Source of the DNA: an uncultured Holophagales bacterium
Lineage (GTDB): Bacteria > Acidobacteriota > Thermoanaerobaculia > Multivoradales > UBA5704
Direction: 5' to 3'
DNA: 64,000 nucleotides
NCBI GenBank assembly: GCA_963842525.1
Contig: CAWJGT010000004.1
Location: forward strand, 160,001-224,000
Numbering within the stretch: position 1 is the stretch's first letter; each line of letters starts with the position of its first letter. The position numbers and the translations under genes are program-made. Positions 9,099 through 19,215 of this stretch are shown piece after piece. The notes below the pieces were generated by a model. That model did not search any database and was not told where the DNA came from. It saw only the letters and a program-made list of their open reading frames with translations.

Positions 9099-10988
9099 AT
9101 GTCCGGGGGCAAGACGTCGAAGTCTCGTGGGAAGGCACGGCAGAAGGCCGGGCGGCGCCGGGCTGAGGCCGAGGGCCGCGGTGCCAGCCGTCTCGATGCG
9201 AGCCGGCTCGCGCCGGTCCTCTGGGCCATGGCCGCCGCGGTGTCCATCTGGTCCTTCCTCTTCACGGTGCTGCTCAACACCGACCTCTGGTTTCATCTTG
9301 CCGCAGGGCGTCTGATCTGGACCGAACGCGCGATCCCGGCCACGGATTCGTGGTCGTTCACGGCCGCGGGCCGCCCGTGGCAGAACCACGAATGGCTCTC
9401 GGATGTGATCTTCCACCTGTGGTCCAAGGCTTTCGGCCTGGAGACGCTGGTCTACTGGCAGTGGCTCGTGCTCGGCGCGGCGTACCTGATCCTGTTCCGG
9501 GTGCTGGTGCGGTTCTCGGGGAGCTATCTCTGGGCGTATCTGATGGTCCTGCTGGGCCTCGACGTGGGCGCGCCGTTCTTCGACATCCGGCCGAATCTCT
9601 ACTCGCTGCTCGGCTTTGCGATCCTGATCCACGCTACGGTCCTGCGTCCGCGGCCGTCCTGGGCCTTGCCTGTCCTCTTCCTCGTGTGGATGAACCTGCA
9701 CGGCGGTGCGGTGTTCGGGCTGATGGCTCTGTTCATCACCCTGGCCGCCTGGGCGATCGCGGGGGAGCGAGAGGAGACCGCCGAGGAGCTGCCCTGGCGC
9801 CGGCGCGCTCTCCATGCGGCGGGGTTGTGGCTCGCCTGCTGCGGCGCGGCGCTGCTCAATCCGTACGGATGGGAGGCGTTCGCGTATCCGCTGCGACTGG
9901 CTTTCGCCGCGCGCTCGGCCTCGCGGATGATTATCTACGAGTGGCTCCCGCCCTTCGCGCCCGGCGGCATTCACTCGCCTCTGTATCCGATGGCGATTGG
10001 CGTCTTCGTTGTCGCAGCGCTTGCCCTGCTCGCGACGGGAGGCTTCCGCCGGCAGCCGCGCTGGGCCCTGGCCAGCCTGGGGCTCGCGGTGCTCACCCTG
10101 GCCATGTCTCTCCTGAGCCGGCGCTTCGTGCCGTTTTTCGGCATCGCGCAGAGCCTGGTTGCGGCTCTGGCGCTTCCCTCCGTCGCCGCCTTCTTCCGGC
10201 GGGGCCGACAACCCCGCAGGATCGCGGCGCCGGCCTGGAGCATGGTTGTGGCGCTCATCGCGTTGGGAATCGGCATCTATCGCCTGGCTCCGTATCCACT
10301 GACGTCGCGCGCCTTCGATCCACTGACCTGGACGTCCCGCCTGCCGGTCGACGCGCTCAATTACATGGAGGTCAATGGGCTCTCGGGCAACATCTTTGCC
10401 TATTTCATGTGGGGCGGATACGTCGACTACCGGACGGCCGGCCGCCTCAAGGTCCACATCGATCCGCGGTCGGAAACGGTGTTCGACGACGAGACCCAAT
10501 TGCGGCATTACGATGTGGTCCTGCAGCGGCCCGGCTGGGAGACGGTCCTCGAAAGCTCGGGGGCACAGTATCTGCTCTGGCCCATCGACTTCACGCGGCG
10601 GCGGACGATGATCTCGCAACTGGAGAGCTCCGGCCGCTGGCGACGGCTCTATCGGGACGGGGTCTCCGTCCTCCTGGCGCGGTCGGATGCGCCGCTGCCG
10701 GCGGTCCTGCGGCCCACGCCCGACTCCGGCTATCGCTCCTGGGCGTTGGCGCGGCAGGCCATGGACCGGCGCGACTATGAAGAGGCCGAAGCCCTTCTCG
10801 AGCGGTCCCTCCAGCAGGCCCCCGACCTCTGGCCCGCCTGCCAGGACCTGGCCGGCCTTCACGCCACGCGCGAAAACGTGGCGAACACCCGTGCGGCCAT
10901 CGAGCGGTGCCACCGGATTTTTCCGGACCTCGACCTGTCCGTCGAAAAGCTTTTCGCGGAGCGGGGAAAGCGGATCCCCGGGGCGTAG
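9099..10988 (+). CDS. Polytopic membrane protein (GT-C-like) with C-terminal TPR
   Basis: DLWFHLAAG and WQNHEWL near the N-terminus, many TM helices, WMNLHGG, and a C-terminal TPR-like segment. Confidence 0.75.
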   Translation: MSGGKTSKSRGKARQKAGRRRAEAEGRGASRLDASRLAPVLWAMAAAVSIWSFLFTVLLNTDLWFHLAAGRLIWTERAIPATDSWSFTAAGRPWQNHEWLSDVIFHLWSKAFGLETLVYWQWLVLGAAYLILFRVLVRFSGSYLWAYLMVLLGLDVGAPFFDIRPNLYSLLGFAILIHATVLRPRPSWALPVLFLVWMNLHGGAVFGLMALFITLAAWAIAGEREETAEELPWRRRALHAAGLWLACCGAALLNPYGWEAFAYPLRLAFAARSASRMIIYEWLPPFAPGGIHSPLYPMAIGVFVVAALALLATGGFRRQPRWALASLGLAVLTLAMSLLSRRFVPFFGIAQSLVAALALPSVAAFFRRGRQPRRIAAPAWSMVVALIALGIGIYRLAPYPLTSRAFDPLTWTSRLPVDALNYMEVNGLSGNIFAYFMWGGYVDYRTAGRLKVHIDPRSETVFDDETQLRHYDVVLQRPGWETVLESSGAQYLLWPIDFTRRRTMISQLESSGRWRRLYRDGVSVLLARSDAPLPAVLRPTPDSGYRSWALARQAMDRRDYEEAEALLERSLQQAPDLWPACQDLAGLHATRENVANTRAAIERCHRIFPDLDLSVEKLFAERGKRIPGA

Positions 10989-11360
10989 CTCTCCGAGGGC
11001 CCGACTTAGGCTCTTCGAGCTCGGATGGGAAGAGCCCGGCTGGGGTCAGATGCCGGTGAACCAGGCTTCCCTTGGTTTGGTGTTGCAGGACATCAGCGCT
11101 AAGCTCGCTAACAGAGCTCTACGAGGACAAGTGCAAGAGATCGCGCAGAAATTGGTCGCGGAGAATCCTCAGCGTGCAGTCAGGTAAATTGGTGGCGACT
11201 CCGGGCAAACGGAGATAAAAGGTTTCCAAGCCCCAGTAGGGAGGCAGCAGATTCGGCAGGACACGGGTTCGCTGCCGCCCCTCTGGAGCTTGGCCTTGAC
11301 GAAAACCGTGGAGCAAAATAAGATGGCAGTCCAGGCATGCATCAGGCTCAAGATAGCCCC

Positions 11361-12005
11361 ATGGACGTTCGCGAAAGCTACGACTCCGCAGCCAGAGCAT
11401 ACGCCGAGCATCTTGCGGACGAGCTTTCGTACAAGCCGCTCGATCGTCATCTTTTGAACCGGTTTGCCGAATCCAAACGCAGTCGCGGCCTCGTTGCCGA
11501 CCTTGGCTGTGGACCCGGGCATATTGCTCGCTACCTCCACGAGCAGGGTGTGGCTGTCGTCGGCATCGACCTCTCGCCCGAGATGATAGATGTGGCCAGA
11601 AGCCACAATCCCAACCTCGACTTCCGGGTCGGCGACATGCGCTCCCTCGAGATACCGGATGCGAGTCTTGCAGGCATCGTGGCCTTCTATTCGATTGTCC
11701 ATTTCGCATCATCGGAGCTCGGGCCGATCTTCAGGCAGATGCGGCGAGTCTTGACGCATGACGGATTGGCTCTGGTATCGTTTCATATCGGAGATCAAGT
11801 CGTGCACGCCGATGAGCTCTACGGCGCCCCCGTATCCCTGGATTTTCGGTTTCACGTACCCAGTGACGTTATCCAGGCGCTTGGGACTGCTGGTCTGGCG
11901 GTCATCGAGCACATCGAGAGAGAGACATACGCGGGAGCAGAGTATCCAACTCGCCGTTGTTACCTTCTGGCGAAGGCGGAGGATCCACCAGCGCACCTTC
12001 GTTGA
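11361..12005 (+). CDS. Class I SAM-dependent methyltransferase
   Basis: VADLGCGPG motif I, GIDLSPEMI, GDMR. Confidence 0.9.
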   Translation: MDVRESYDSAARAYAEHLADELSYKPLDRHLLNRFAESKRSRGLVADLGCGPGHIARYLHEQGVAVVGIDLSPEMIDVARSHNPNLDFRVGDMRSLEIPDASLAGIVAFYSIVHFASSELGPIFRQMRRVLTHDGLALVSFHIGDQVVHADELYGAPVSLDFRFHVPSDVIQALGTAGLAVIEHIERETYAGAEYPTRRCYLLAKAEDPPAHLR

Positions 12006-12065
12006 GGAGCAGGCTGGATAGCCCGGTGTAAGGAAACCCATGGCTGGCACGTTCTTCGGTCAGCC

Positions 12066-15000
12066 ATGCTCAAGATCAGAGACTTCGTGAACGCGCGCCG
12101 GTTCAGGACCATTGCGGGGCACGAGCTCCGTACCCAGTTGTCCGGACCGCTGTTCTGGGTCCTTCTTTCGCTGGTGCTCCTGGTGACGAGCATCCTCAAC
12201 CCGGTGGCGATGATCCCGTCGGGCGATGCCGAGGTCGGGGGCGCCCGGGTGTTCATCAACTCGCCGTATGCCCTGGCCCAGACCTTCGCCCTGGGCAGCT
12301 TCCTGGCCTACACGTTTTTCGCGGCGCTCATGGCCGGCCTGCCGGTGCTCCGCGAGGAAGAGGCGGCCATTTCCGGCCTGCTCCACAGCACGCCGCTCAC
12401 CGCCGCCGAGTACGTCCTGGGCAAATTCTTCGGCGTCATGGCGGCGCTCGGCGTGGCCTTCGGGGTCCACTTGCTGCTGGCGATCGGCTTTTATCAATAC
12501 GGCGCGTGGACTGGGGAGAGCGCCATCCACGGCCCGTTCCGCCTCGGCCACTATCTGGTCCCGGCGCTGGTCTTCGCCGCGCCCGGCATCTGGTGCTGTG
12601 CGGCGCTCGCCTTCGCGGTGGGCGAACGGACGCGACGGCCGATGGCGGTCTATGGTTTCCCGACCGTGCTCTTCGTGGTCACGCTCATCTTCCTGTGGAC
12701 CTGGAGCCCGCCGTGGCTCGACCCGCGGGTGGACCGTCTGCTGATGGTGCTCGACCCCACGGCGCTGCGCTGGCTCAGCCGGACGCTGTTCCGGGTGGAC
12801 CGCGGCGTCGCGTTCTATAACACCGCCCCGCTCGCGTTCGACGCGACGCTGCTGCTGAACCGCCTGCTCGTCCTGACCCTGCCGGCGCTGGCCGTGCTCG
12901 GCTCGATCCGCCATTTCCGCAGGTCGCTCGGTGGAGTCGATCGTGGATGGCTGCTGTTGCGGCGCCGCGCGCACACACCGGCCCAGGACCACAAGCAGGA
13001 GCGGAGTGCCGGGAGCTTCCGGCCGCTCCGCGATCTGGCGATGACGAGCCGGCCGCCGGGCCTGATCGCCGGCGCGTGGACGATCCTGCAGGCGGAGCTT
13101 CCGGGAGCTGCGCCGGCAGCCGGCGCTCTAACTTTTCACGGCCTTCCTGATGCTGGTGGTCGTGGAGGTCGCAGGGACGGAGGACGATGCGTTCGGGGCC
13201 CCGGTCCTCCTCACGGCCGGCAGCCTGGCGGTGCGCACGATGCCGATCGTCACGATCCTGGTCTGCCTCTTTCTGCTCTTTTTCGTGATCGAATCCATCT
13301 ACCGCGATACGGCCACGAAATTCGACGCCCTCGTGTACAGCTCGCCCGTGTCCAACGGCGCCATCCTCCTGGGCAAGGGCCTCGCCGCCGCGGTGGTCAT
13401 CGGCGTGCTCACCGTCGCCTGCGGGGCCAGCGGCCTCCTGCTGCTGATGCTCCAGCCGGGAGGGCGCGTCGAGCTCTGGCCGCTCGTGCTGGTTTTCGCC
13501 CTGGTGCTCGCTCCCACGTACCTGCTCTGGACGGCGTTCGTGACGGCGATCATGACGGTCGTCCGGCAGCGGTCCGCCGCGCTGGCCCTGGGACTGGCGG
13601 CTCTGGTGCTGACGGGATTCCAGTTCGCGAGCGGCACCATGACCTGGGCCTCGAACTGGCCGCTCTGGGGAGCGCTCCGCTGGAGCGACCTGGGCACCTT
13701 TCCGCTCAACGGCGGTGCCCTGATGCTCAACCGCGCCGGGGCCATGGCGCTGGCGGTCTTCCTCTTTGCCATCGCCTTCACCTTCCTCACCCGCACCGAG
13801 CGCGATGCGGTGGCGACGTTTGAACGGCTCCGGCCCGCGCGGTTGCTCCGCGGTGCGCTCCGCCTCGCACCGTTCGCGTTGATGCCGGTCCTGGTCCTCG
13901 GCTTTCTCGGCATCCAGGTGCGCACCGGGTTCCAGGGCGAGATGGCCGAGGAGCGCGCCCGGGAGCACTGGCGCCGCAACGTTGCCACGTGGCGCGATGT
14001 GGTGCCTGCCGACATCACGCACCTCGACGTCAAGCTCGACCTCGAGCCGTCCGAGCGGCGCATGCGCGTTCAGGGGACCTACAGCATGGTCAACGCCACC
14101 GGAGAGCCGATGCGCTGGCTGACCTTCACGGTGGGGGAGTCGTTCGGCAAGGTCGCATGGACGATGAACGGCAGGCCGGTGACGCCGGACGACCGCGGCC
14201 GGTCTGCACATCCTGACGCCGGAGAGGCCGCTGCTGCCGGGACAGGCGACGCGCGTGGGGTTCGCCTACACCGCGATTTATCCCAGGGGCATCACCCGCA
14301 ACGGCGGCGGCGCGAGCACCTTCATCCTGCCGGCGGGCGTCCTGCTCTCGACGCACCGCGGCGAGTTCCTGCCGGTGCCGGGGTTCGTCGAGGGTACTGA
14401 GGGAGACGCGAAGGAGCGCCCTGAGCCGGCCGTGTTCCCCGACGGCTCCGTTCCAGGCGCGCCGCGGCCTGACCGGCGGGGCGTCGTTCGTGACGAGAGT
14501 GGAGGTCCGCACGCCGAGCGCCTATACCGTCAACGCCGTCGGCGTGAAGACAAGGGAGTGGAGCGAGGGCGGACGGACCACCGTCGTCTGGGAAAGCGAC
14601 CATCCCGTCGGCGCGCTGAACGTCATCGCGGGCCGGTGGGACGTCCGGCGGCGGGATGGCAGCGCGGTGTTCTTCCATCCGGGACATCCATACAACGTGG
14701 ACCGGATTCTGGGTACGCTGGTGGCGGCGCGCGCGCGGTATTCCGAATGGTTTTATCCCTATCCCTGGCGGGAGCTGCGGCTCAGCGAGTTTCCGGACCT
14801 GGAGACGAACGCCACCGCCTTCCCGACGAACATCAGCTTTTCGGAAGGGATCGGCTTTCTGACCGGCGGTGACCCGGACGCGGGGCTGGCGTTCAGCGTC
14901 ACCGCGCACGAGGCGGCGCATCAGTGGTGGGGCCACCTGCTCACCGCCGGCGAAGGGCCGGGCACCGGACTGCTCGTCGAAGGAATGGCCAATTATTCGG

Positions 15001-15713
15001 CCCTTCTTCTGCACGAGTCGGAGAGCGGGCTCGCCGCGCGGATCGCCTTTGCACGGCAGCTCGAACGGAGCTATCTCGAGCGGCGGCGGGTGAGCGGGGA
15101 GCGCGCGGTCCTCGACACCGTCGAGCGGCGCGAGAGCGACGAAGCCGTGCTTTCCCAGAAGGGCGCATGGGTCATGTGGATGTTGCACAACCATCTCGGC
15201 CGCGACCGGATGCTGGCCGGTCTGCGGGAGCTGATGGGCCGCCACGTGCGGAACCGGGATCACGCGACGCCGCAGGATCTGGTGACAGCGCTCGGCGCGC
15301 AGGCGGCGGACCCGGCGGCGTACCAGGCCTTCGTGGACCAGTGGCTCAAAGGAGTCGTGCTCCCAGAATATGAGCTATCCGCCGCCACCGTCGAGCGGAC
15401 CGCGGAGGGCTGGCGAGCCCGGGCGACAATCACAAATATCGGCACCGGCACCGCCGTCGTCGAGATCGCCGCAGCACGAGGGCAGAGATTCGAGTGCGCG
15501 AGCTACGAAGAGAAGCGCGTTGCGCTGCGGCTCGTGCCCGGGCGCCCCGAGCAGGTGGTCTGGACGCTGGGCTTCCAGCCCGAGCGCATCGTCGTCGACC
15601 CGGATGCGCTCGTCCTGCAGCTCAACCGGGACCGGGCGGTGGCCGAGCTGCGCGCGCCCAAGGGCCTGCAGCTCGCCCGAGCGGAGGTTGTTCCGGAGCT
15701 CTCTCGGCCCTGA
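12066..15713 (+). CDS. ABC-2-type permease / M1 aminopeptidase fusion, split by ~3 frameshifts
   Basis: The pieces 12066-~13100, 13150-~14200, ~14230-14470 and 14490-15713 form two permease repeats followed by an M1 domain (TAHEAAHQWWG...LVEGMANY; HExxH-x18-E). Confidence 0.8.
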
Positions 15714-15777
15714 CCGTGGTACGCTGCGTCCGGCAGGTCCAAGGTAAACGATGTATCAATCCTGACAGGAGGTCCAT

Positions 15778-16164
15778 ATGAGGCCGGCAGCGGGTCAAGT
15801 TCATACCGAGTTTCGAATCTTCACGGGCAAGGCCCAAAAGGGGAATCCGATTGCGGGTCTTGCCAAGAAGGCCGAAGCCTTCGTGTCCGCCGAACAGGTG
15901 GCCCCGAAGAGCATTGGGGTGGAGTACCTTGAGGCGACCCGCGAGGTCGTCCTGACCCTCGGGTATCGGCGGGGTGTGGCACCCTACGAGATCTCCATCG
16001 TAGCTCGCCCACTCGGAGTCCTCGCCGATACCAAGCGTGCAACGATCGCGGCCCTTGAGTCCCGCATGAGAGACGCTGCCGCCGAGCTCAAGAACGTGAT
16101 CTGCCACGAGCTTCTCATCAACGAGAAGGGCGAGTTTACAATGGTCTTCATGCTCCATCGATAA
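15778..16164 (+). CDS. Hypothetical protein (128 aa)
   Basis: Strong SD (AGGAGGT) upstream of the ATG; globular composition (APKSIGVEYLE, NVICHEL). Confidence 0.75.
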   Translation: MRPAAGQVHTEFRIFTGKAQKGNPIAGLAKKAEAFVSAEQVAPKSIGVEYLEATREVVLTLGYRRGVAPYEISIVARPLGVLADTKRATIAALESRMRDAAAELKNVICHELLINEKGEFTMVFMLHR

Positions 16165-16407
16165 GATCCGTCTGCATAGGTGCTGCATAGGTGCCAGGTG
16201 TTTCGTGTCGCGGTGGGCGAAAGGACGGCACCGGGTCCGGTGGCATCGCAGCTTCGATGAGCCTGCCGCGCACCGCACTCGAGATCTCACGGACCCGAGT
16301 CACTGCCGTCGCTCCCTTCCGCTGACCGAGCGAGAGGGCGCCTCGGAACTCCACAGGACGACGCAGAAGACGTCGGTAGCCGTCCGGCAGGATGACACGA
16401 TCTCTCA

Positions 16408-16650
16408 GAGGGTGTTTCAAAAGGGGCTGCAAGCGAGTTGGTAAGGTCCGCCTTGGGCTCCAGACCCGTCGTGTCATCCTGAGCGAGAGCGAAGGATCTG
16501 GGGGAAGGGAGGCTCCGCGAGCCCGCTGCGGTCTTGGAGTCCGGGCCGTTCCCACCGTCCAGATCCTTCGCTGCGCTCAGGATGACACGACAGACCCGGA
16601 TCGCCAACCGGTCGATCTTGTTCGTGGGTGAGGACTTTCGAGACACCCTC
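16408..16650. mobile_element. 243-bp MITE (IS5-family-like ends) carrying an internal TGTCATCCTGAGC REP hairpin
   Basis: Left end GAGGGTGTTTCAAAAG and right end (reverse complement) GAGGGTGTCTCGAAAG match at 14/16. TCA flanks both sides (16405-07, 16651-53). No transposase. Confidence 0.75.
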
Positions 16651-16817
16651 TCAGCGCGGGCTCATCACGCGTTCGCCCGGCCAGGCGCGGTCTATACGGC
16701 TCAACATTCGGTTCGAAGAGATTCCGCGCCTTGAGTAGAGTGCCTTCGACCTCCGACCGAAACTTCAGCCGGCAACGCCGTCTTCGCAGCAAACTCATGC
16801 CCTGCCGAGTCTGCTGC

Positions 16818-16918
16818 CGCCCCTCCGGGGCTTGGAAAGGTTTCTGTCTCCGTACCTGGGGTCGCCGCTCCTTCGTCGCTCTGACCCCAGGCTACACGCC
16901 GTGGGCCCCTCCGGGGCC
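16818..16918. repeat. REP-like element (GCCCCTCCGGGGC hairpins flanking a CCTGGGGTC/GACCCCAGG stem)
   Basis: Two GCCCC-TCC-GGGGC palindromes around an internal inverted repeat, in an intergenic position. Confidence 0.65.
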
Positions 16919-16994
16919 GGGTGCTTGCTGGTTCCGCTTGACGCGCCTCAGGCATTGTGTAAGCTGCCAACGAATCTGGGTAACAGGTGACACT

Positions 16995-17060
16995 GAAAAA
17001 CAAAGCGCCCGCCGGAGCTCGCCCGCACCGAAGAGGGGCGTGGAGCCCGGCGGGCCTCTT
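16995..17060 (-). terminator. Probable intrinsic terminator
   Basis: GCCCGCCGG...CCGGCGGGC stem followed on the minus strand by GCTTTGTTTTT. Confidence 0.5.
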
Positions 17061-17348
17061 CTGATGACTATCCATCGACAAGGTCGGACTTTCCAGATCC
17101 TGCCTTGAGATTGGTCCGAATTCTCATATCGTTCACCTCCTCTTCTCTGGGAGGGTAAGGCAATCCGAATGCCAACCCTGCAACAAGAGAGTCGAGACTT
17201 TTCGGAGCGCGGTCCTGCATGCGATATCTTCTTTGGAATCAGGCAGATCCAGCAGGCGGTCTGAAGTGGATGAGATTGCTGGAAGGCTGAACAATCTCGT
17301 CCTCGGGCGGAGACAGATCCGTCCTCGGGGACTACTGAAGGGCGGCGT

Positions 17349-17530
17349 GGATAAGCGTAGCAACGGCAGATAACGCTATCTGCGCCGGATAAGCTTATAC
17401 GGCTCGGATAAGCTTATCCGCGGCGGATAGCGTTATCTGCGCCAGATAAGCTTATCTGCGCTGGATAAGCTTACGCTGGCGCAGATATCGTTCTCTACGG
17501 TGGATACGCGTCGCTGGCCTGGATCTGCGG
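17349..17530. repeat. Tandem array of ~9-10 degenerate 19-bp units with palindromic core RGATAAGCTTATCY
   Basis: Units start at 17349, 17368, 17387, 17406, 17425, 17444, 17463, 17483, 17502 and 17521. Confidence 0.85.
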
Positions 17531-17619
17531 GGATGCCGCGAAGCTGCGCCGCCAGTTTGGCGTTCGGAGGAAGGAGCAGGAAAGGGGCGGCGTGGTGGAC
17601 ACGCTCCCCCGGAGTAGAG

Positions 17620-17901
17620 TTACTGCGGATCGACAGCGGCGGTGGCGGGTTCAGGCGGGGGTTGGGGCGCCGGTTCCTTAGCCTTGCTGGCGCGGCTGCG
17701 GCCGCGGAACGGCTGCAGGTGGAACTCCGCGAGCTTTTCCGACCGCAGGCCGTAAAACTCTTGAAGGACCTTGCTCGCCGCGGTCATCAGCCGGTCGCCT
17801 TCGGTGATCGAGGTCGTGAAGCTCGACGGCCCGACGGGCGACACTCTCTTCGACGCTGCAGGCTTGGACAAGTTTGAACAGGAGCGCTTGGCGGAGCTCA
17901 A
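17620..17901 (-). pseudogene. Probable 5'-degraded small coiled-coil protein (YGxRSEKLAEF-x-LQPFRGR motif)
   Basis: The C-terminal half looks protein-like (EGDRLMTAASKVLQEFYGLRSEKLAEFHLQPFRGRSR plus a Pro-rich tail). The N-terminal part looks out of frame and has no clear start. Confidence 0.5.
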
Positions 17902-17923
17902 GAGGAAGTATCTTCAGAAGTAG

Positions 17924-18619
17924 CTATCCGAGGTCCGGATGGAGGAGCCTGAGGGCCCGGGCGAAGAGCGGGACGAAGATATAGGGGAAGACCCGCCAGG
18001 CCACGAGCAGGCCGAGCAGAGAGACGAAGGGCTGATGGAGGAGGGCGTTGTAGCGCTCGGCGGCCCGGCCGCTCAGGATGGCGGGGATCACGGCGCTGCC
18101 GTCGAGAGGCGGCAATGGCAGCAGGTTGAAGAGGAAGAGGAGCAGGTTCAGCGTGAAGAGGATCGACAGCGGCACCACAGCGCCCGCGGCCCAGCCAGTG
18201 CCGGCGATGAGGTCGGTATATCCGACCGGGTCCGGCAGATGGAAGACGCCGGCCGCCATGCCGGCGCGGATCGCGACCGCGGAGACCAGCACCAGGAGGA
18301 GGTTGGCCGCCGGACCGGCGAGGGCCATCACGGCGGCTCGCCGCGGATAGCGGTGGGCCCAGAAGGGATCGTAGGGGGCGCTCGCCCAGCCCATCATCCA
18401 GCCCATGGTCGCGAAGGTGAGCAGGGGGACCAGGATCATCCCGAACGGCTCGCGCCGGATGTGGGGGAGCGGGTTCAGGGTGACCTGCCCTCCCTCGTAG
18501 GCCGTGGGATCGCCGAGCTTGTAGGCGGCGAAGGCGTGGGCCGCCTCGTGCAGCGTGGTCGAGAAGAGGAAGACCACGAACCAGGTGAGGCCCAGGACGA
18601 TCTGATCGGTGGCGATCAC
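17924..18619 (-). CDS. Site-2 protease (peptidase M50)
   Basis: LHEAAH (HExxH), AGPAAN and NLLPLPPLDG motifs; TM helices. Confidence 0.92.
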   Translation of the reverse strand: MIATDQIVLGLTWFVVFLFSTTLHEAAHAFAAYKLGDPTAYEGGQVTLNPLPHIRREPFGMILVPLLTFATMGWMMGWASAPYDPFWAHRYPRRAAVMALAGPAANLLLVLVSAVAIRAGMAAGVFHLPDPVGYTDLIAGTGWAAGAVVPLSILFTLNLLLFLFNLLPLPPLDGSAVIPAILSGRAAERYNALLHQPFVSLLGLLVAWRVFPYIFVPLFARALRLLHPDLG

Positions 18620-18623
18620 ATCC

Positions 18624-19182
18624 TCACGCCCGGCTGAGGTACTTGTTCTCGCGGGTGTCGATGAGGATCTTGGTGCCCACCTCGATGAACGGCGGCACTT
18701 GCACCGTGAGCCCGGTCTCCATCTTGGCCGGCTTGTAGGAGGCGCTGGCCGTTGCTCCCTTCATGCTGGGCTCGGTCTCGACCACCTGGAGGGCCACGGT
18801 GTTGGGCAGCTCGATGCCCACCGGCTTCTCGTCGTAGAAGTCGATCTGGATGACCGTGTTGGGCAGCAGGTAGAGCATCGAGTCGCCCAGGGTCTCGTCG
18901 TCCAGCGTGACCTGCTCGTAGGTCTCCTGGTTCATGAAGTGGTGCCCCGAGGGGTCGGAGTAGAGGTACTCCATCTGGCTGCGTGTCGAGGATCGCGCGC
19001 TCGACCTTCTCGGTCGAGCCGAAGCGGTGCTCGAAGCTGTTGCCGTTGCGCAGGTTGCGCATCTTGGCCTGGACGAAGCCGCGCCAGTTGCCGGGCGTGA
19101 CGTGGTTGACGTTCATGATCCGGCAGATCTCTCCTTCGAAGAGGATGCACATGCCGGCTCGCATTTGGGTTGCTTGGATCAA
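18624..19182 (-). CDS. efp: Elongation factor P (one frameshift near 18975)
   Basis: MIQATQMRAGM...HVTPGNWRGFVQAKMRNL in one frame, and MEYLY...GATASASYKPAKMETGLTVQVPPFI...YLSRA in the other. Confidence 0.93.
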
Positions 19183-19215
19183 GGTTCGATCTCCGTGTCT
19201 GGGTTTGCGGGTCCG

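Noticed and set aside
10990-11187. Short helical ORF fragment (LGLVLQDISAKLANRALRGQVQEIAQKL)
   Set aside because: It could be a gene remnant but has no clear start or family, so it is too weak to call.
16172-16195. CTGCATAGGTG direct repeat
   Set aside because: Only two 11-bp copies with no supporting context.
17349-17530. CRISPR or mini-CRISPR array
   Set aside because: The 19-bp period leaves no room for spacers, and variation is spread through the units.
18960-18990. Programmed frameshift in efp
   Set aside because: No slippery site is evident, and many similar breaks across the window point to assembly indels.
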